A DNA stretch of 31,752 nucleotides from Methanoregula sp. GTDB taxonomy: Archaea > Halobacteriota > Methanomicrobia > Methanomicrobiales > Methanospirillaceae. The position numbers and the translations under genes were made by a program. Below the pieces are notes generated by a model, which saw only the letters and a list, made by a program, of their open reading frames with translations, was not told the origin of the DNA and made no database searches. Each line of letters starts with the position of its first letter. The stretch's first letter is position 1. Of this stretch, positions 17,711 through 27,505 are shown in pieces. The stretch lies in the NCBI GenBank assembly GCA_039698055.1, contig JBDKTL010000045.1, positions 1 through 31,752 on the forward strand. Direction: 5' to 3'.

Positions 17711-19543
17711 ATGCGACTTCTTTTAATCCATTCAGACTATATCGAATACGAAGCAAAAAAGAAGACAAAGATGGCGGAAGAATGCTCCGTCATGTCAGAC
17801 CGTGAAGAGGAAGCCCTCACCGTCTTCTGCGCCGTAGAATCTGTTGATGAGGAAGATCTCGAAGGCGTTGTCAGCCAGGCAGTTCTGGAAATAACAAAGA
17901 CCGCCGGGCAGGTCGATGTCAAAAAGATCGTCCTCTACCCGTATGCCCACCTGTCAAGCGACCTTGCCTCACCCGACATTGCCATTGCCACGCTCAAAGC
18001 GATGAAGGAAGCCCTTGACACCGAAGGTTTTGCCGTGAAGCGTGCGCCCTTTGGCTGGTACAAATCGTTCAAGATCTCCTGCAAAGGTCACCCGCTCTCC
18101 GAACTTTCAAAGACGATCGTTCCCGGTGAAGGGACGGTCAAGAAAGAGAAAGCAGAAGTCACTCATGACTGGTTTGTCATGACGCCGGACGGCACAACCC
18201 ACGACTACCACAAGTATCTCGATAATACCCCGTTTGGGTATCTCGTCAAGAAGGAGCTCGGCGTCGCAGAACCAACCGGCGGCGAGCCGGCACACGTCGA
18301 CATCATGCGCTCAAAGGAACTCGTGGACTACGAGCCTGCCAGTGATGTCGGCTGCCTGCGCTGGATGCCCAAGGGCAAGCTCGTCCGCGATCTGCTGGCT
18401 GATTACGTGCTGGGCAAGGTGCTCGAATACGGCGGAACACCTGTCGAGACCCCGGTCATGTACGACCTTGGCGACAGGGCAATCTACGAGCATGCCGATA
18501 AGTTCGGCGAGCGGCAGTACCGGTTCAAGAGCAATAACCGGAACATGATGCTCCGGTTTGCCGCCTGCTTTGGCATGTTCTCCATCATGCGGGACATGCA
18601 CATCTCCAAAAATACGCTCCCCATGAAGATGTACGAGCTCTCCACCTACTCGTTCCGCCACGAGCAGAAGGGTGAAGTGATCGGGTTAAAGCGCCTGCGC
18701 TGTTTCACAATGCCCGATATGCACTCACTCTGCACCGATATGCCCGAAGCGATGAAGTGCTTTGAAGAGCAGCTTGCCATCGGCTGGCAGACCGGCAGGG
18801 ACTTTGAGACAAAACTGGTCGCCGCATTCCGGTGCACGAAGAAGTTCTACGATGAGAACGAAGCATGGGTAAAGAAGATCGTGAAGGAATCCGACTGCCC
18901 GATGCTCATCGAGATCCTGTCCGATCGCGTCCACTACTGGGAAGCAAAGATCGACCTTGCCGCCATTGACGGGCAGAACCGCCCGATCGAGAACCCGACC
19001 GTCCAGATCGATGTCGAGAGCTCGACCCGGTTCGACATCAAGTACTACAAGGACGATGGCACGCCCGTCTATCCACCTATCCTCCACTGCTCGCCAACCG
19101 GCAGCATCGAGCGGGTGATCTGTGCAATCCTCGAGAACATTTCCACACAGGAAGTCCCGGCACTCCCCACATGGCTCTCACCTGTGCAGGCACGCGTCGT
19201 GCCGGTTGCCGAGCGCCACACCGCGTATGCACAGGAAGTCTGCAATGCCCTCAATGCAGCACAGGTTCGCTGCGATATTGATGACCGCGAAGAAAGTGTC
19301 GGTAAGAAAGTCCGTGAAGCCGGTATGGACTGGGTGCCGTACGTGATTGTGATTGGCGACGATGAAATTGCCTCAAAGAAACTCACGGTCACCATCCGCA
19401 GGAAGTCACAGCCCAATAAGCCCCATAAGGAGCAGGTTACGGTTGAAGAACTCGCTGCTGCGGTGAAAACCGAGATTGGCAGCATGCCGTTCCGCCCGCT
19501 CTATACCCCCCGCAAGCTTTCGATGAAAGCCCGGTATATCTGA
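17711..19543 (+). CDS. thrS: Threonyl-tRNA synthetase, archaeal type with N-terminal editing domain
   Basis: [67 protein letters not shown]; anticodon domain [11 protein letters not shown]. Confidence 0.97.
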   Translation: MRLLLIHSDYIEYEAKKKTKMAEECSVMSDREEEALTVFCAVESVDEEDLEGVVSQAVLEITKTAGQVDVKKIVLYPYAHLSSDLASPDIAIATLKAMKEALDTEGFAVKRAPFGWYKSFKISCKGHPLSELSKTIVPGEGTVKKEKAEVTHDWFVMTPDGTTHDYHKYLDNTPFGYLVKKELGVAEPTGGEPAHVDIMRSKELVDYEPASDVGCLRWMPKGKLVRDLLADYVLGKVLEYGGTPVETPVMYDLGDRAIYEHADKFGERQYRFKSNNRNMMLRFAACFGMFSIMRDMHISKNTLPMKMYELSTYSFRHEQKGEVIGLKRLRCFTMPDMHSLCTDMPEAMKCFEEQLAIGWQTGRDFETKLVAAFRCTKKFYDENEAWVKKIVKESDCPMLIEILSDRVHYWEAKIDLAAIDGQNRPIENPTVQIDVESSTRFDIKYYKDDGTPVYPPILHCSPTGSIERVICAILENISTQEVPALPTWLSPVQARVVPVAERHTAYAQEVCNALNAAQVRCDIDDREESVGKKVREAGMDWVPYVIVIGDDEIASKKLTVTIRRKSQPNKPHKEQVTVEELAAAVKTEIGSMPFRPLYTPRKLSMKARYI

Positions 19544-19560
19544 TTTTTTCTTTTTTTATT
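19544..19560 (+). terminator. Oligo-T terminator of thrS
   Basis: TTTTTTCTTTTTTTATT immediately after the stop codon. Confidence 0.6.
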
Positions 19561-19757
19561 CTGCCCGCGGATGGCTCCATCGGTTTTTAAAGAAGTCATT
19601 CTTTTACAAAAAAATTATTACAACATTGACAATTGGATATTCCCAAGAAAAAACAACACGATTAGATCGTTTCAGGTTACCGGGAAAAAATAAGAAACTC
19701 ACAAGATGGAAATTCACCCGCTCACACGCGTGAGAACTGATAACTGCCCGGGAATGA

Positions 19758-20123
19758 TTACCCAAGATATTTGAAAAGCGCGGTTTTCAATTCCGACAGC
19801 GACACCGGCTTGTAGAGTACCCCGAGATGAGGATCATTTATTCCCGCCATTTTTTCAGTAACTTCGGGCGATGCAGTAAAGAGGATAACCGGGATTTCAT
19901 GCATCCCGTATTCGTTCCTCAGCCGGTCCAGGAATTCCCATCCGGAGATCGGGTTCATCATAATATCGAGAAGGATGAGTGCCGGGGGATTTTTCCTGAC
20001 ATAATCAAGAGCGTCAAGCCCGTTTGGCATAAGTACCGGCTCATACCCCTGATTTTTCAGGAGCATTTCCATTAGATCGAGGATTGGCTGGTCGTCTTCA
20101 ACTACCACAATTTTCTGTGTCAT
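19758..20123 (-). CDS. Single-domain (CheY-like) response regulator
   Basis: VVEDD, ILLDIMM (phospho-Asp), GWEFL, PVILFTA, YKP. Its start overlaps the kinase stop (ATGA). Confidence 0.93.
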   Translation of the reverse strand: MTQKIVVVEDDQPILDLMEMLLKNQGYEPVLMPNGLDALDYVRKNPPALILLDIMMNPISGWEFLDRLRNEYGMHEIPVILFTASPEVTEKMAGINDPHLGVLYKPVSLSELKTALFKYLG

Positions 20124-21916
20124 GAGGGTTTTACTCCATCTGGTCTCTTTTTGGGGATATGCAGGGTGAATGTGCTTCCGACATTGACAATGGAATCAAC
20201 ACTGATATATCCACCATGCATCTGGATATATTTTTTCGCAACGGATAGCGATAATCCTTTACCACCGGTATACTGGCCCGGTTTTTTTGTATCCATGGGA
20301 GTGACCGGGGAAAATATTTCATCGAGCTTCTCGTCCGTGATACCCAGTCCGTTATCCTGGATTGCCAGGCGATGGAACGGGTGGGACTCTGAACCCCGGT
20401 ACGCGATCCAGATCTTTTTTGGGGATTTGGAATACGTGACACCGTTTGCGAGCAGGATATCAATGACCGTGGCAATTTTCTCTTTATCGGCTTCAAAAGT
20501 AAGATCTGGTGGGATTGTATTGTTAATTTCTGCCTTGCCCGCATATCCCCCGTCCGTTACGATCGTTTTAACCAAATCCGCAACACGGAATACCGAATAA
20601 TCCAGTTCTGTATCACCGGAATCCAGCACCGAGAGCTCAAGCATCTGGTCGATGATCTGGCGTTCACGGTCAACGCTTTTGACGCACCGCTCAAGAATCT
20701 GGCGGGTTTCTTCAGTGACGCCAAACGCTTTTGGATCCTGGAGGAGTAAATTGAGGTATCCGATAATTGGCTGGAGAGGGGTGCGCAGTTCGTGCGCGAC
20801 CGTACTTATCATGCCGCGTCTCCTTTCATTTCCCAGGTGGACACTTTCTTTAAGCCGTTCCCAGTCAGTATTGTCGACGATATTGATGAGCCCGGCAGGA
20901 TTGTTTTTCCGGGTGATGGGTGTGAAATAGAGCATCCCGGACTTTGTCTCACCGGACTTTGAGATAAACCGGAATTCTGCCCGGTCCACGGCAGGTGACG
21001 GGGCACTCCAGCCTTGCGAGAATGTCAAAAACCGCGCCTTATCGCCAGGATGGACGACAAACTCAAGCGTCCTGCCGGCAAGTTCGGTTTCCCCATATCC
21101 CAGGAAGGCGACAAACGCCGGGTTGATAAACATAATCACCTGGTTCTCAACAATTACAATCCCTGTTGGTGAACTTTCCGTCAGTTGCCGGTATTGTGTT
21201 GAACTGTCGTCAGCCACTTGCAGGGCACGTTTCCGGGTGCTGATATCAATTACCGAACAGCTGACGATATTGCCGTCAATCCTGGTCCATGACAGGTTTA
21301 CCCAGCAGGGTTCGCGGGCTTTGGTAAGAAAACAGGTCTCGAAATTCTTGATGTCCTCGCTGGATCCAAGCGCCCCAAAAAACCGGTGCTGCTCTTTGGG
21401 ATTACAAAGAAGTGCAGAAAATGCAATTTTTTTCAGTTCATCCCCGGTATAGCCAAGCATCTGCTCAACCTGCTGGTTCGTGAGCGTGATGGCAAAACTA
21501 TTCTTGTCAAAAAGGATGATCCCAAGGAGCGAATATTCAAAGATGCTGCGGTACCGGGTTTCAGAGATCCTGATCTTTTCAGTAAAATAGCCCACAGCGG
21601 CAGCGACACAGACAAACAGGATTGCCTGGCCGGTTGCCGCCCCAAGCTGGAACAGGTCAGGAAAGTAATGCACGTAGACAAGGACTTCATACGCAACTGC
21701 ACAGACAGCGGCAACAAGCACGCCCCGACGGGGATAAAAATATGTCGCGTACAGGATCGGAAAATAGAAGAGCTGCGTTGATAGTGTGCCGGTATCCTGA
21801 ATAAGCGATAGTGCCGTGATAAGGACACAACACAACGCAAGCGAGACAATGATCCAGAAGCGGACAATATCGGTGTGCAGGATCCGGTAATTCCGCAATG
21901 TTATATATCGCTCCAT
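20120..21916 (-). CDS. Membrane sensor histidine kinase (4 TM, 2 PAS, HisKA, HATPase)
   Basis: N-terminal TM helices; SETRYRSIFE and YRQLTES PAS starts; H-box AHELRTPL; N-box LLANGVTY; DNGLGI; GKGLSL; GSTFTL. Confidence 0.93.
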   Translation of the reverse strand: MERYITLRNYRILHTDIVRFWIIVSLALCCVLITALSLIQDTGTLSTQLFYFPILYATYFYPRRGVLVAAVCAVAYEVLVYVHYFPDLFQLGAATGQAILFVCVAAAVGYFTEKIRISETRYRSIFEYSLLGIILFDKNSFAITLTNQQVEQMLGYTGDELKKIAFSALLCNPKEQHRFFGALGSSEDIKNFETCFLTKAREPCWVNLSWTRIDGNIVSCSVIDISTRKRALQVADDSSTQYRQLTESSPTGIVIVENQVIMFINPAFVAFLGYGETELAGRTLEFVVHPGDKARFLTFSQGWSAPSPAVDRAEFRFISKSGETKSGMLYFTPITRKNNPAGLINIVDNTDWERLKESVHLGNERRRGMISTVAHELRTPLQPIIGYLNLLLQDPKAFGVTEETRQILERCVKSVDRERQIIDQMLELSVLDSGDTELDYSVFRVADLVKTIVTDGGYAGKAEINNTIPPDLTFEADKEKIATVIDILLANGVTYSKSPKKIWIAYRGSESHPFHRLAIQDNGLGITDEKLDEIFSPVTPMDTKKPGQYTGGKGLSLSVAKKYIQMHGGYISVDSIVNVGSTFTLHIPKKRPDGVKPS

Positions 21917-22218
21917 GAATGTGTGGGGTTAACTTTCCGAGTTAATAAAGATGCTATTTTCACACTTGCCAATAACCGGGAAAAAATAAATAAATAAAAA
22001 ATCCCTGGCCGAACGTACGAGCCGGCACGAACAACACAGGGGGATACTTGTTCATCGTATCCTGATATGATAAGGAGTGGCGATCAAAAAAAAATCATGA
22101 ATAGTAATTCCCATCAGAGCGCCGATTTTCTCACCATTCAAAGTGGAGTTTTGCACCCCGTCAACAAGCCGGCCAAGAGCCGGGAATATTGCCAAAAAAC
22201 TAATTATCCGTTTCTATG

Positions 22219-22232
22219 AAAAAAATAAAAAA
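22219..22232 (-). terminator. Oligo-T terminator of purB
   Basis: A7-T-A6 on the plus strand, 3 nt past the purB stop. Confidence 0.55.
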
Positions 22233-22235
22233 CCC

Positions 22236-23576
22236 TTACCGGGAAAGCGGCAGGAGTTTATCCCGGACACGCTCAACCTGCGCAACCGATGTGCCGATAT
22301 AGGCATCCGGTAAGAGCAGCCCGGCAATATCTGCGGGGGAGCAATACCTGACGACTTCATTGTCAGCCGCAAGTACATCTGCGAGCGGGCGTCCTTCCGC
22401 GAGCGCCTGCATACTGGATAACCGGACATGCTCGTGGGCGTCCTGCCGGTTCATGCCACGCTTTGTCAGCTCGATCATCACCGATTCTGCCATGTTGATA
22501 CCATGGAGGAAGGCAAGGTTTCTCCGGATTGCCGCACGGTTGATCACCAGTTTTTCAATGACCGTTGTCATGAGCCGGAGACAGTGATCGGTAAGGATCG
22601 ATGCTTCGGGAAAGAGGACCCGCTCGCAGGATGAATTGGTAAGATCGCGCTCATCCCAAAGAGTATTGTTTAAAAGAGCCGGTTCGACAGCGGCGCGGAT
22701 GATACGGGCAAGCCCGCACACCTGTTCGGATTTGATCGGGTTCCTCTTGTGCGGCATCGTGGACGACCCCACCTGCTTCGCGCCGAATGCTTCCTCGACT
22801 TCCCCGATCTCGGTGCGCTGGAGGGTCCTTATCTCAATACCAATCTTGTCAAGCGTCGTGGCAACATTCGCGCAGAACATGAAGTATTCCGCATACCGGT
22901 CCCGCGAGATCACCTGGTTTGAGACATCCACTGATGAGAGACCAAGTTCTGCCATCATCGCTGCCTGGACCTCCATCGCTTGTGGCCCGAGCGCCGCCTG
23001 TGTCCCTACCGCGCCGGTCATCTGGCCGACAGCTACCCTCGGGCGCATCTGTTCGAGCCGCTCGATATGTCTCCCTACTTCGCTTGCCCAGATTGCAAAC
23101 CGGAGGCCGTACGTTGTCGGCACCCCGTGCTGCCCGTGAGTCCGCCCAACCGCAACAAGCGTTTTGGTCTCATCCGCCTTTTCGAGCAGCACCCCGAGGA
23201 GCAGGCGAAGTTTTGTATCAATAAGGTTGAGTGCCTGGCTGACCTGGAGCCCGGTTGCCGTATCGAGAATATCGTTCGATGTCGCGCCGTAATGCACCCA
23301 GCGGCCGGAATCCCCGCTCGCTTCCGAGATTGCCCTGACAATTGCCATCATGTCATGGCTTATCTCTTCTTCAATCTCTTTTGCCCGGGCAAGGGATGCG
23401 GACGGGGCATGTTCCCGTATCGAATCTGCTGCGTCAGCAGGGATCATGCCATATTTTGCTTCAGCATGGGCAAGCGCAACTTCTGCTGCTACGACACAGG
23501 AGAACCGGTTCTCCTCGCTCCAGACGGCGCGCATCTCCGCGGTCCCGTACCGGTACTCGATGGGGTGGACTGCCAT
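22236..23576 (-). CDS. purB: Adenylosuccinate lyase
   Basis: HPIEYRY, HDMMA, VHYGATSND, GRTHGQH, GAVGT, GSSTMPHKRNPIKSE, ERDLTNSS. Confidence 0.97.
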   Translation of the reverse strand: MAVHPIEYRYGTAEMRAVWSEENRFSCVVAAEVALAHAEAKYGMIPADAADSIREHAPSASLARAKEIEEEISHDMMAIVRAISEASGDSGRWVHYGATSNDILDTATGLQVSQALNLIDTKLRLLLGVLLEKADETKTLVAVGRTHGQHGVPTTYGLRFAIWASEVGRHIERLEQMRPRVAVGQMTGAVGTQAALGPQAMEVQAAMMAELGLSSVDVSNQVISRDRYAEYFMFCANVATTLDKIGIEIRTLQRTEIGEVEEAFGAKQVGSSTMPHKRNPIKSEQVCGLARIIRAAVEPALLNNTLWDERDLTNSSCERVLFPEASILTDHCLRLMTTVIEKLVINRAAIRRNLAFLHGINMAESVMIELTKRGMNRQDAHEHVRLSSMQALAEGRPLADVLAADNEVVRYCSPADIAGLLLPDAYIGTSVAQVERVRDKLLPLSR

Positions 23577-23761
23577 GTGAACAGATCTGCTGTTGAATGA
23601 TATTATATTTCACAATTAACCAGCCGGCCTGTTTTGAAAGGGGCCGTCCCAGTACCGTTGCCGCAGTCCGGTCAGTAAATTAAAAATGGACCAGAACTAA
23701 AGCACCATATTTCCGAAACCCTATATTAGTGGATTGCCAATGATACTCTTAATCAGTTACC

Positions 23762-24265
23762 ATGACAGGCAAATCTGCAGGACAATTTATTGTATCGATA
23801 GCTGTCTGCATGCTGGCAGGATATTTTAACTCATTGTTTGTTCTTCCCGAGATCCCTACGTGGTTTGCTGCGCTTGAAAAACCGGCGTTTGTTCCTCCGG
23901 ATATCTATTTTGTTCCCATCGGCCTGCTGGTATATGCCCTGTTTGGCTGTGTTCTCTTCATGATCTGGAGAGCAGATGTTCAGGACAAACGCGACAAGAC
24001 GTTCTGCATGTCGCTGTTTATTCTCAGTCTTATCCTGAATATCGGGTGGTGCTTCCTGTTTTTTGCATTAAAAACCCCCTTCACCGGACTGATGATCAGC
24101 GTGCTGACCGTTGCCTTGCTTATTGCGACGATGATACAGGCACTCAAAGTGTCGTTTGGTGCGAGCCTGTTGTTATTTCCGCTCGTCATCATCGTGTTCA
24201 TGGTCACATACGTCAATTATGTGATTGTGCTGTTCAATCCTGCGCTGACAATGATGCCCCTCTGA
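23762..24265 (+). CDS. TspO/MBR-family membrane protein (divergent)
   Basis: WFAALEKPAFVPP and LNIGWCFLFF; about 5 TM helices. Confidence 0.82.
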   Translation: MTGKSAGQFIVSIAVCMLAGYFNSLFVLPEIPTWFAALEKPAFVPPDIYFVPIGLLVYALFGCVLFMIWRADVQDKRDKTFCMSLFILSLILNIGWCFLFFALKTPFTGLMISVLTVALLIATMIQALKVSFGASLLLFPLVIIVFMVTYVNYVIVLFNPALTMMPL

Positions 24266-24522
24266 TATTCTCGGATAAAAACCGGATAGATGATGCTACG
24301 ATTTTTACCGCTCTGGTAAAGCCGGGCTCCAGAAATGGGAAAAAAATTCGGGCCTTTTTTCACCAATCCACCAGCAGGAGTTTTTTGTGCGGTCATCCGT
24401 TCTATCGTTACGGGATTTTGCCTGAAGGCAGCCGGAATAAAGGGGATCTTCCTGTGACACAGGTCGCACCGCACCACACGCAACCGTGAAAATAACGATC
24501 TGCGGGTCAACACCCGTGCGGT

Positions 24523-24666
24523 TTATAATTTTAATCCGCCAAAGTAACTGATACACGAGGCAATAACGCCAAATGCACACGCCCAGAACCCGGGTGTCCC
24601 GGTAAAAAAGAAGCTGATAAGCACGACGCTGTAAATGGATACCGCGGGGATCAGCTTATTTGGCAT
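24523..24666 (-). CDS. Small 47-aa hydrophobic protein (probably two TM helices), unknown function
   Basis: MPNKLIPAVSIYSVVLISFFFTGTPGFWACAFGVIASCISYFGGLKL*. Purine-rich AGGGGAAG 7 nt upstream of the ATG. Below the ORF-track cutoff. Confidence 0.45.
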   Translation of the reverse strand: MPNKLIPAVSIYSVVLISFFFTGTPGFWACAFGVIASCISYFGGLKL

Positions 24667-24985
24667 AGGACTACTTCCCCTATCTATTTAGTCTACTATT
24701 TTATTCATTCGTTTGTGGCAGAACTGCCAAAATTTCCATTCCACCAATTTTTTTTAGCCACAATGATTCCCTCAAATATATTCGAACGATTCATTCATCC
24801 GGGTTGTCATGGGAGAACTACAATTTTTCATCCAATCACCGGTGAGTTTACCCGAAAAGATGGCTATGCCACGTGATGATCTTTATTTTTACCATCATGA
24901 AGCGCTCTTTTTTATGAACTGCCGGTATCATATTCACCACCCGTGCCGACGCCCATAAAACCTTAGGGCGCCAATAACTATCGTA

Positions 24986-26992
24986 ATGGATATGCTTGAC
25001 TCGTTCTTCCCGTATGACCAGTACCGTCCCCACCAGCGCCGCATGCTCGACTTTGCACGGGAATGCGCCGCACATGGCGGTATCGGGATGATCGATGCCC
25101 CCACCGGCAGCGGAAAGTCAAGTGTCGTAGCGTCCCTTCTCGCAGAGCGCAACGGGAAAAAGATTGTCATTGCCGTTCGTACGGTCAGCCAGCTCACGAC
25201 ATTTATCCGGGAACTCTCGCTGGTGAAAAAGAAGCAGCCGAAGTTAAAAACCGTGTATCTGGTCGGGAAAAAAAGCATGTGCCCGCTGGGGGGGGAAGGA
25301 GATATTTACCGCAGGTGCGAGGGTGTGAAACAGTTCTCTTCTGCCCTGATGCGGGACCGGGCGGAGAAAGGATCGCTTGTGCCATCAAAAGACCCGTTCA
25401 TCGTCCAGCAGATCCGTCGTATGGACCGGGAACACCCGATCATCTGTCCGTATTTTATTGCGAGCAAAATGTTTGTGCCGGGCGATACCGGCGGGGTAAA
25501 GATGGTGCCTTCGACAAGCGTCCGCTCAAAATCCGAGCGGGTGCTTTCAGATGCGATCAGGCCACAGGAACTCGCCGGTTTTGCCGGGGATGTCTGCCCG
25601 TATGAACTGATGATGCATGCCGCAAAGAATGCCGACATAATCATCCTGAACTACCACCACCTGTTCGATCGCGGGATCCGGGAGCAGCTGTACGCCAGCC
25701 TGAACGTAGAATCGCAGGACGTAATGCTCCTCATCGATGAAGCGCACAACTGCGGGGACGTGATCCAGTCCATCGAAAGCGTTGAACTGGAAGAAAAAGA
25801 TCTCGAACAGGCAACCCGCGAACTCTCCGGCATGAAGCGGCACTATAAAGGGGCAGAAGCAGTCCAGCATGTACTCCCCCGGCTCACGGATTTTATCCGG
25901 GGGCTGGCAAATTCTCCCGAACCCGAAGACTGGTTTGATCCCGGGATTTTTGACCGGATGATTGTGAAAGGCTCGCTCTACAAGGACATGGACGAGATCG
26001 TTGACGAGCTGATGGGACTTGCCGAAACAATCCGTGAGAAAAACCAGAAAGCCGGGGAGTACCGGGAGACGGCTATCGAACGTCTGACGGCATTTTTATA
26101 CCGGCTCTCGCAGTCCGCCCGAAATCCGGCCTATCTTACAATTTACCGGAGAACGGATGAGGGAATTATTCTCGAAGTCCGCAACATCGATCCTTCCGCA
26201 CCGTTGACGGAAATATGCTCGGCGCATGCCTGCTGTATCCTGATCTCGGGTACGCTTTCACCGGTAGAGAGCTACCGGCGTCTTTATTTTAACGATGCAC
26301 CGGTGGCAACGCTCGCCCTGCCAAACTCATTCCCAAAAGAAAACCGGCTGATCTGCGGCGCCAACGATATCACTACCGCGTTTTCCCTGCGGCAGAACGC
26401 ACAGAACTCCGATAAGATCGTGCATTATATCACCGCATTTGCCTCGCTGAAAAAAAACCGGGCCATCTATTTCCCCAGTTACCAGATACTGGAATCATAT
26501 GCGGCGCTTGCCGCCCCCCATATAACACGGCGGAAAGTGTTCATTGAACCCCGCGATGCGGCAAATGCCGGGGCAGCACTCAACGAGTTCCTCTCGCTTC
26601 CCGCGCACGGTGAATCCGGGATCATGTTTGCGGTCTGCGGTGGAAAATGGAGCGAGGGGCTCGATTACCGGGGCGAGATGCTCTCCGGTGCGATGGTGAT
26701 TGGGCTGCCGCTTGCACCATTCACCCGCGTCCGCCGGATGATAATCGAGTATTTCCGTCATAAATACGGCAACGAGGGGGAATTTCTCTGCTACACGCTG
26801 CCGGCGATCAACCGTGCACTCCAGGCGCTCGGCCGTGTATTGCGCACGCCGGAAGACCGTGGGGTGCTCGTGCTTGGCGAACGCCGGTTCATGGAACCAC
26901 GGGTGCGCACGGCACTGCCTTCGTGGATGCAGGAAGAGATGGTGGAATGTGATCTCCTGAGGTTCCGGGAGCTGATTGCTGCATGGAAGTGA
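24986..26992 (+). CDS. XPD/Rad3/DinG-family Fe-S ATP-dependent DNA helicase
   Basis: Q motif YRPHQ; APTGSGKS; Cys residues SMCP, RRCE, ICPY, VCPY; IDEAHN; SGTLSP; FPSY; SEGLDY; QALGRVLR. Confidence 0.93.
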   Translation: MDMLDSFFPYDQYRPHQRRMLDFARECAAHGGIGMIDAPTGSGKSSVVASLLAERNGKKIVIAVRTVSQLTTFIRELSLVKKKQPKLKTVYLVGKKSMCPLGGEGDIYRRCEGVKQFSSALMRDRAEKGSLVPSKDPFIVQQIRRMDREHPIICPYFIASKMFVPGDTGGVKMVPSTSVRSKSERVLSDAIRPQELAGFAGDVCPYELMMHAAKNADIIILNYHHLFDRGIREQLYASLNVESQDVMLLIDEAHNCGDVIQSIESVELEEKDLEQATRELSGMKRHYKGAEAVQHVLPRLTDFIRGLANSPEPEDWFDPGIFDRMIVKGSLYKDMDEIVDELMGLAETIREKNQKAGEYRETAIERLTAFLYRLSQSARNPAYLTIYRRTDEGIILEVRNIDPSAPLTEICSAHACCILISGTLSPVESYRRLYFNDAPVATLALPNSFPKENRLICGANDITTAFSLRQNAQNSDKIVHYITAFASLKKNRAIYFPSYQILESYAALAAPHITRRKVFIEPRDAANAGAALNEFLSLPAHGESGIMFAVCGGKWSEGLDYRGEMLSGAMVIGLPLAPFTRVRRMIIEYFRHKYGNEGEFLCYTLPAINRALQALGRVLRTPEDRGVLVLGERRFMEPRVRTALPSWMQEEMVECDLLRFRELIAAWK

Positions 26993-27432
26993 CCGGAGGA
27001 TCGTGCCGGTTCGGGCTCTGGCACGTCCATGTCTGGAGCGACGGGACAACGGTTCACCGGGTCCGGTTTGCACCGACGGGTATTTTTGGCCCGGTGCCGG
27101 CACATATCCTGAAGTACTGTTCCGGACAGGTCATCAACCTCTCGGTGCTCCCGACAATTGCCTGCGAAGGTGACCATGTTGCGGCACAAATCTACCGGGC
27201 GGTCCAGCAGATACCCTATGGCTCAACGGCAACGTACGGGGAGATTGCCGGAATCGTCGGGACCTCGCCCCGCGTGGTGGGGCGTGCAATGGCGCACAAC
27301 CCGACACCTCTCATTGTACCCTGCCATCGTGTCGTGGCCAAAGACGGCATGGGCGGGTTTACCCCGGCCCTTGAGATCAAGGAGCAACTGCTGGCAATGG
27401 AAAGAAAAGGATTAAAAAAGAGGATGAAATAA
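26983..27432 (+). CDS. ogt: O6-methylguanine-DNA methyltransferase (MGMT family)
   Basis: IPYGSTATYGEIA, PRVVGRAMAHNP, active site VPCHRVV, K..LL..E. Confidence 0.92.
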   Translation: MEVTGGSCRFGLWHVHVWSDGTTVHRVRFAPTGIFGPVPAHILKYCSGQVINLSVLPTIACEGDHVAAQIYRAVQQIPYGSTATYGEIAGIVGTSPRVVGRAMAHNPTPLIVPCHRVVAKDGMGGFTPALEIKEQLLAMERKGLKKRMK

Positions 27433-27505
27433 TGCAGAGCGCTCTTCATGAGGGTAATCATCATGTGATGTCACGCCAATCTTCTACGGGCAGAGGAGTC
27501 CTCCG

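Noticed and set aside
24895-27452. Imperfect inverted repeat (TCATGAAGCGCTCT / AGAGCGCTCTTCATGA) flanking helicase-ogt
   Set aside because: It needs a 2-nt gap, has no target duplication or transposase, and the enclosed genes have host-like composition.
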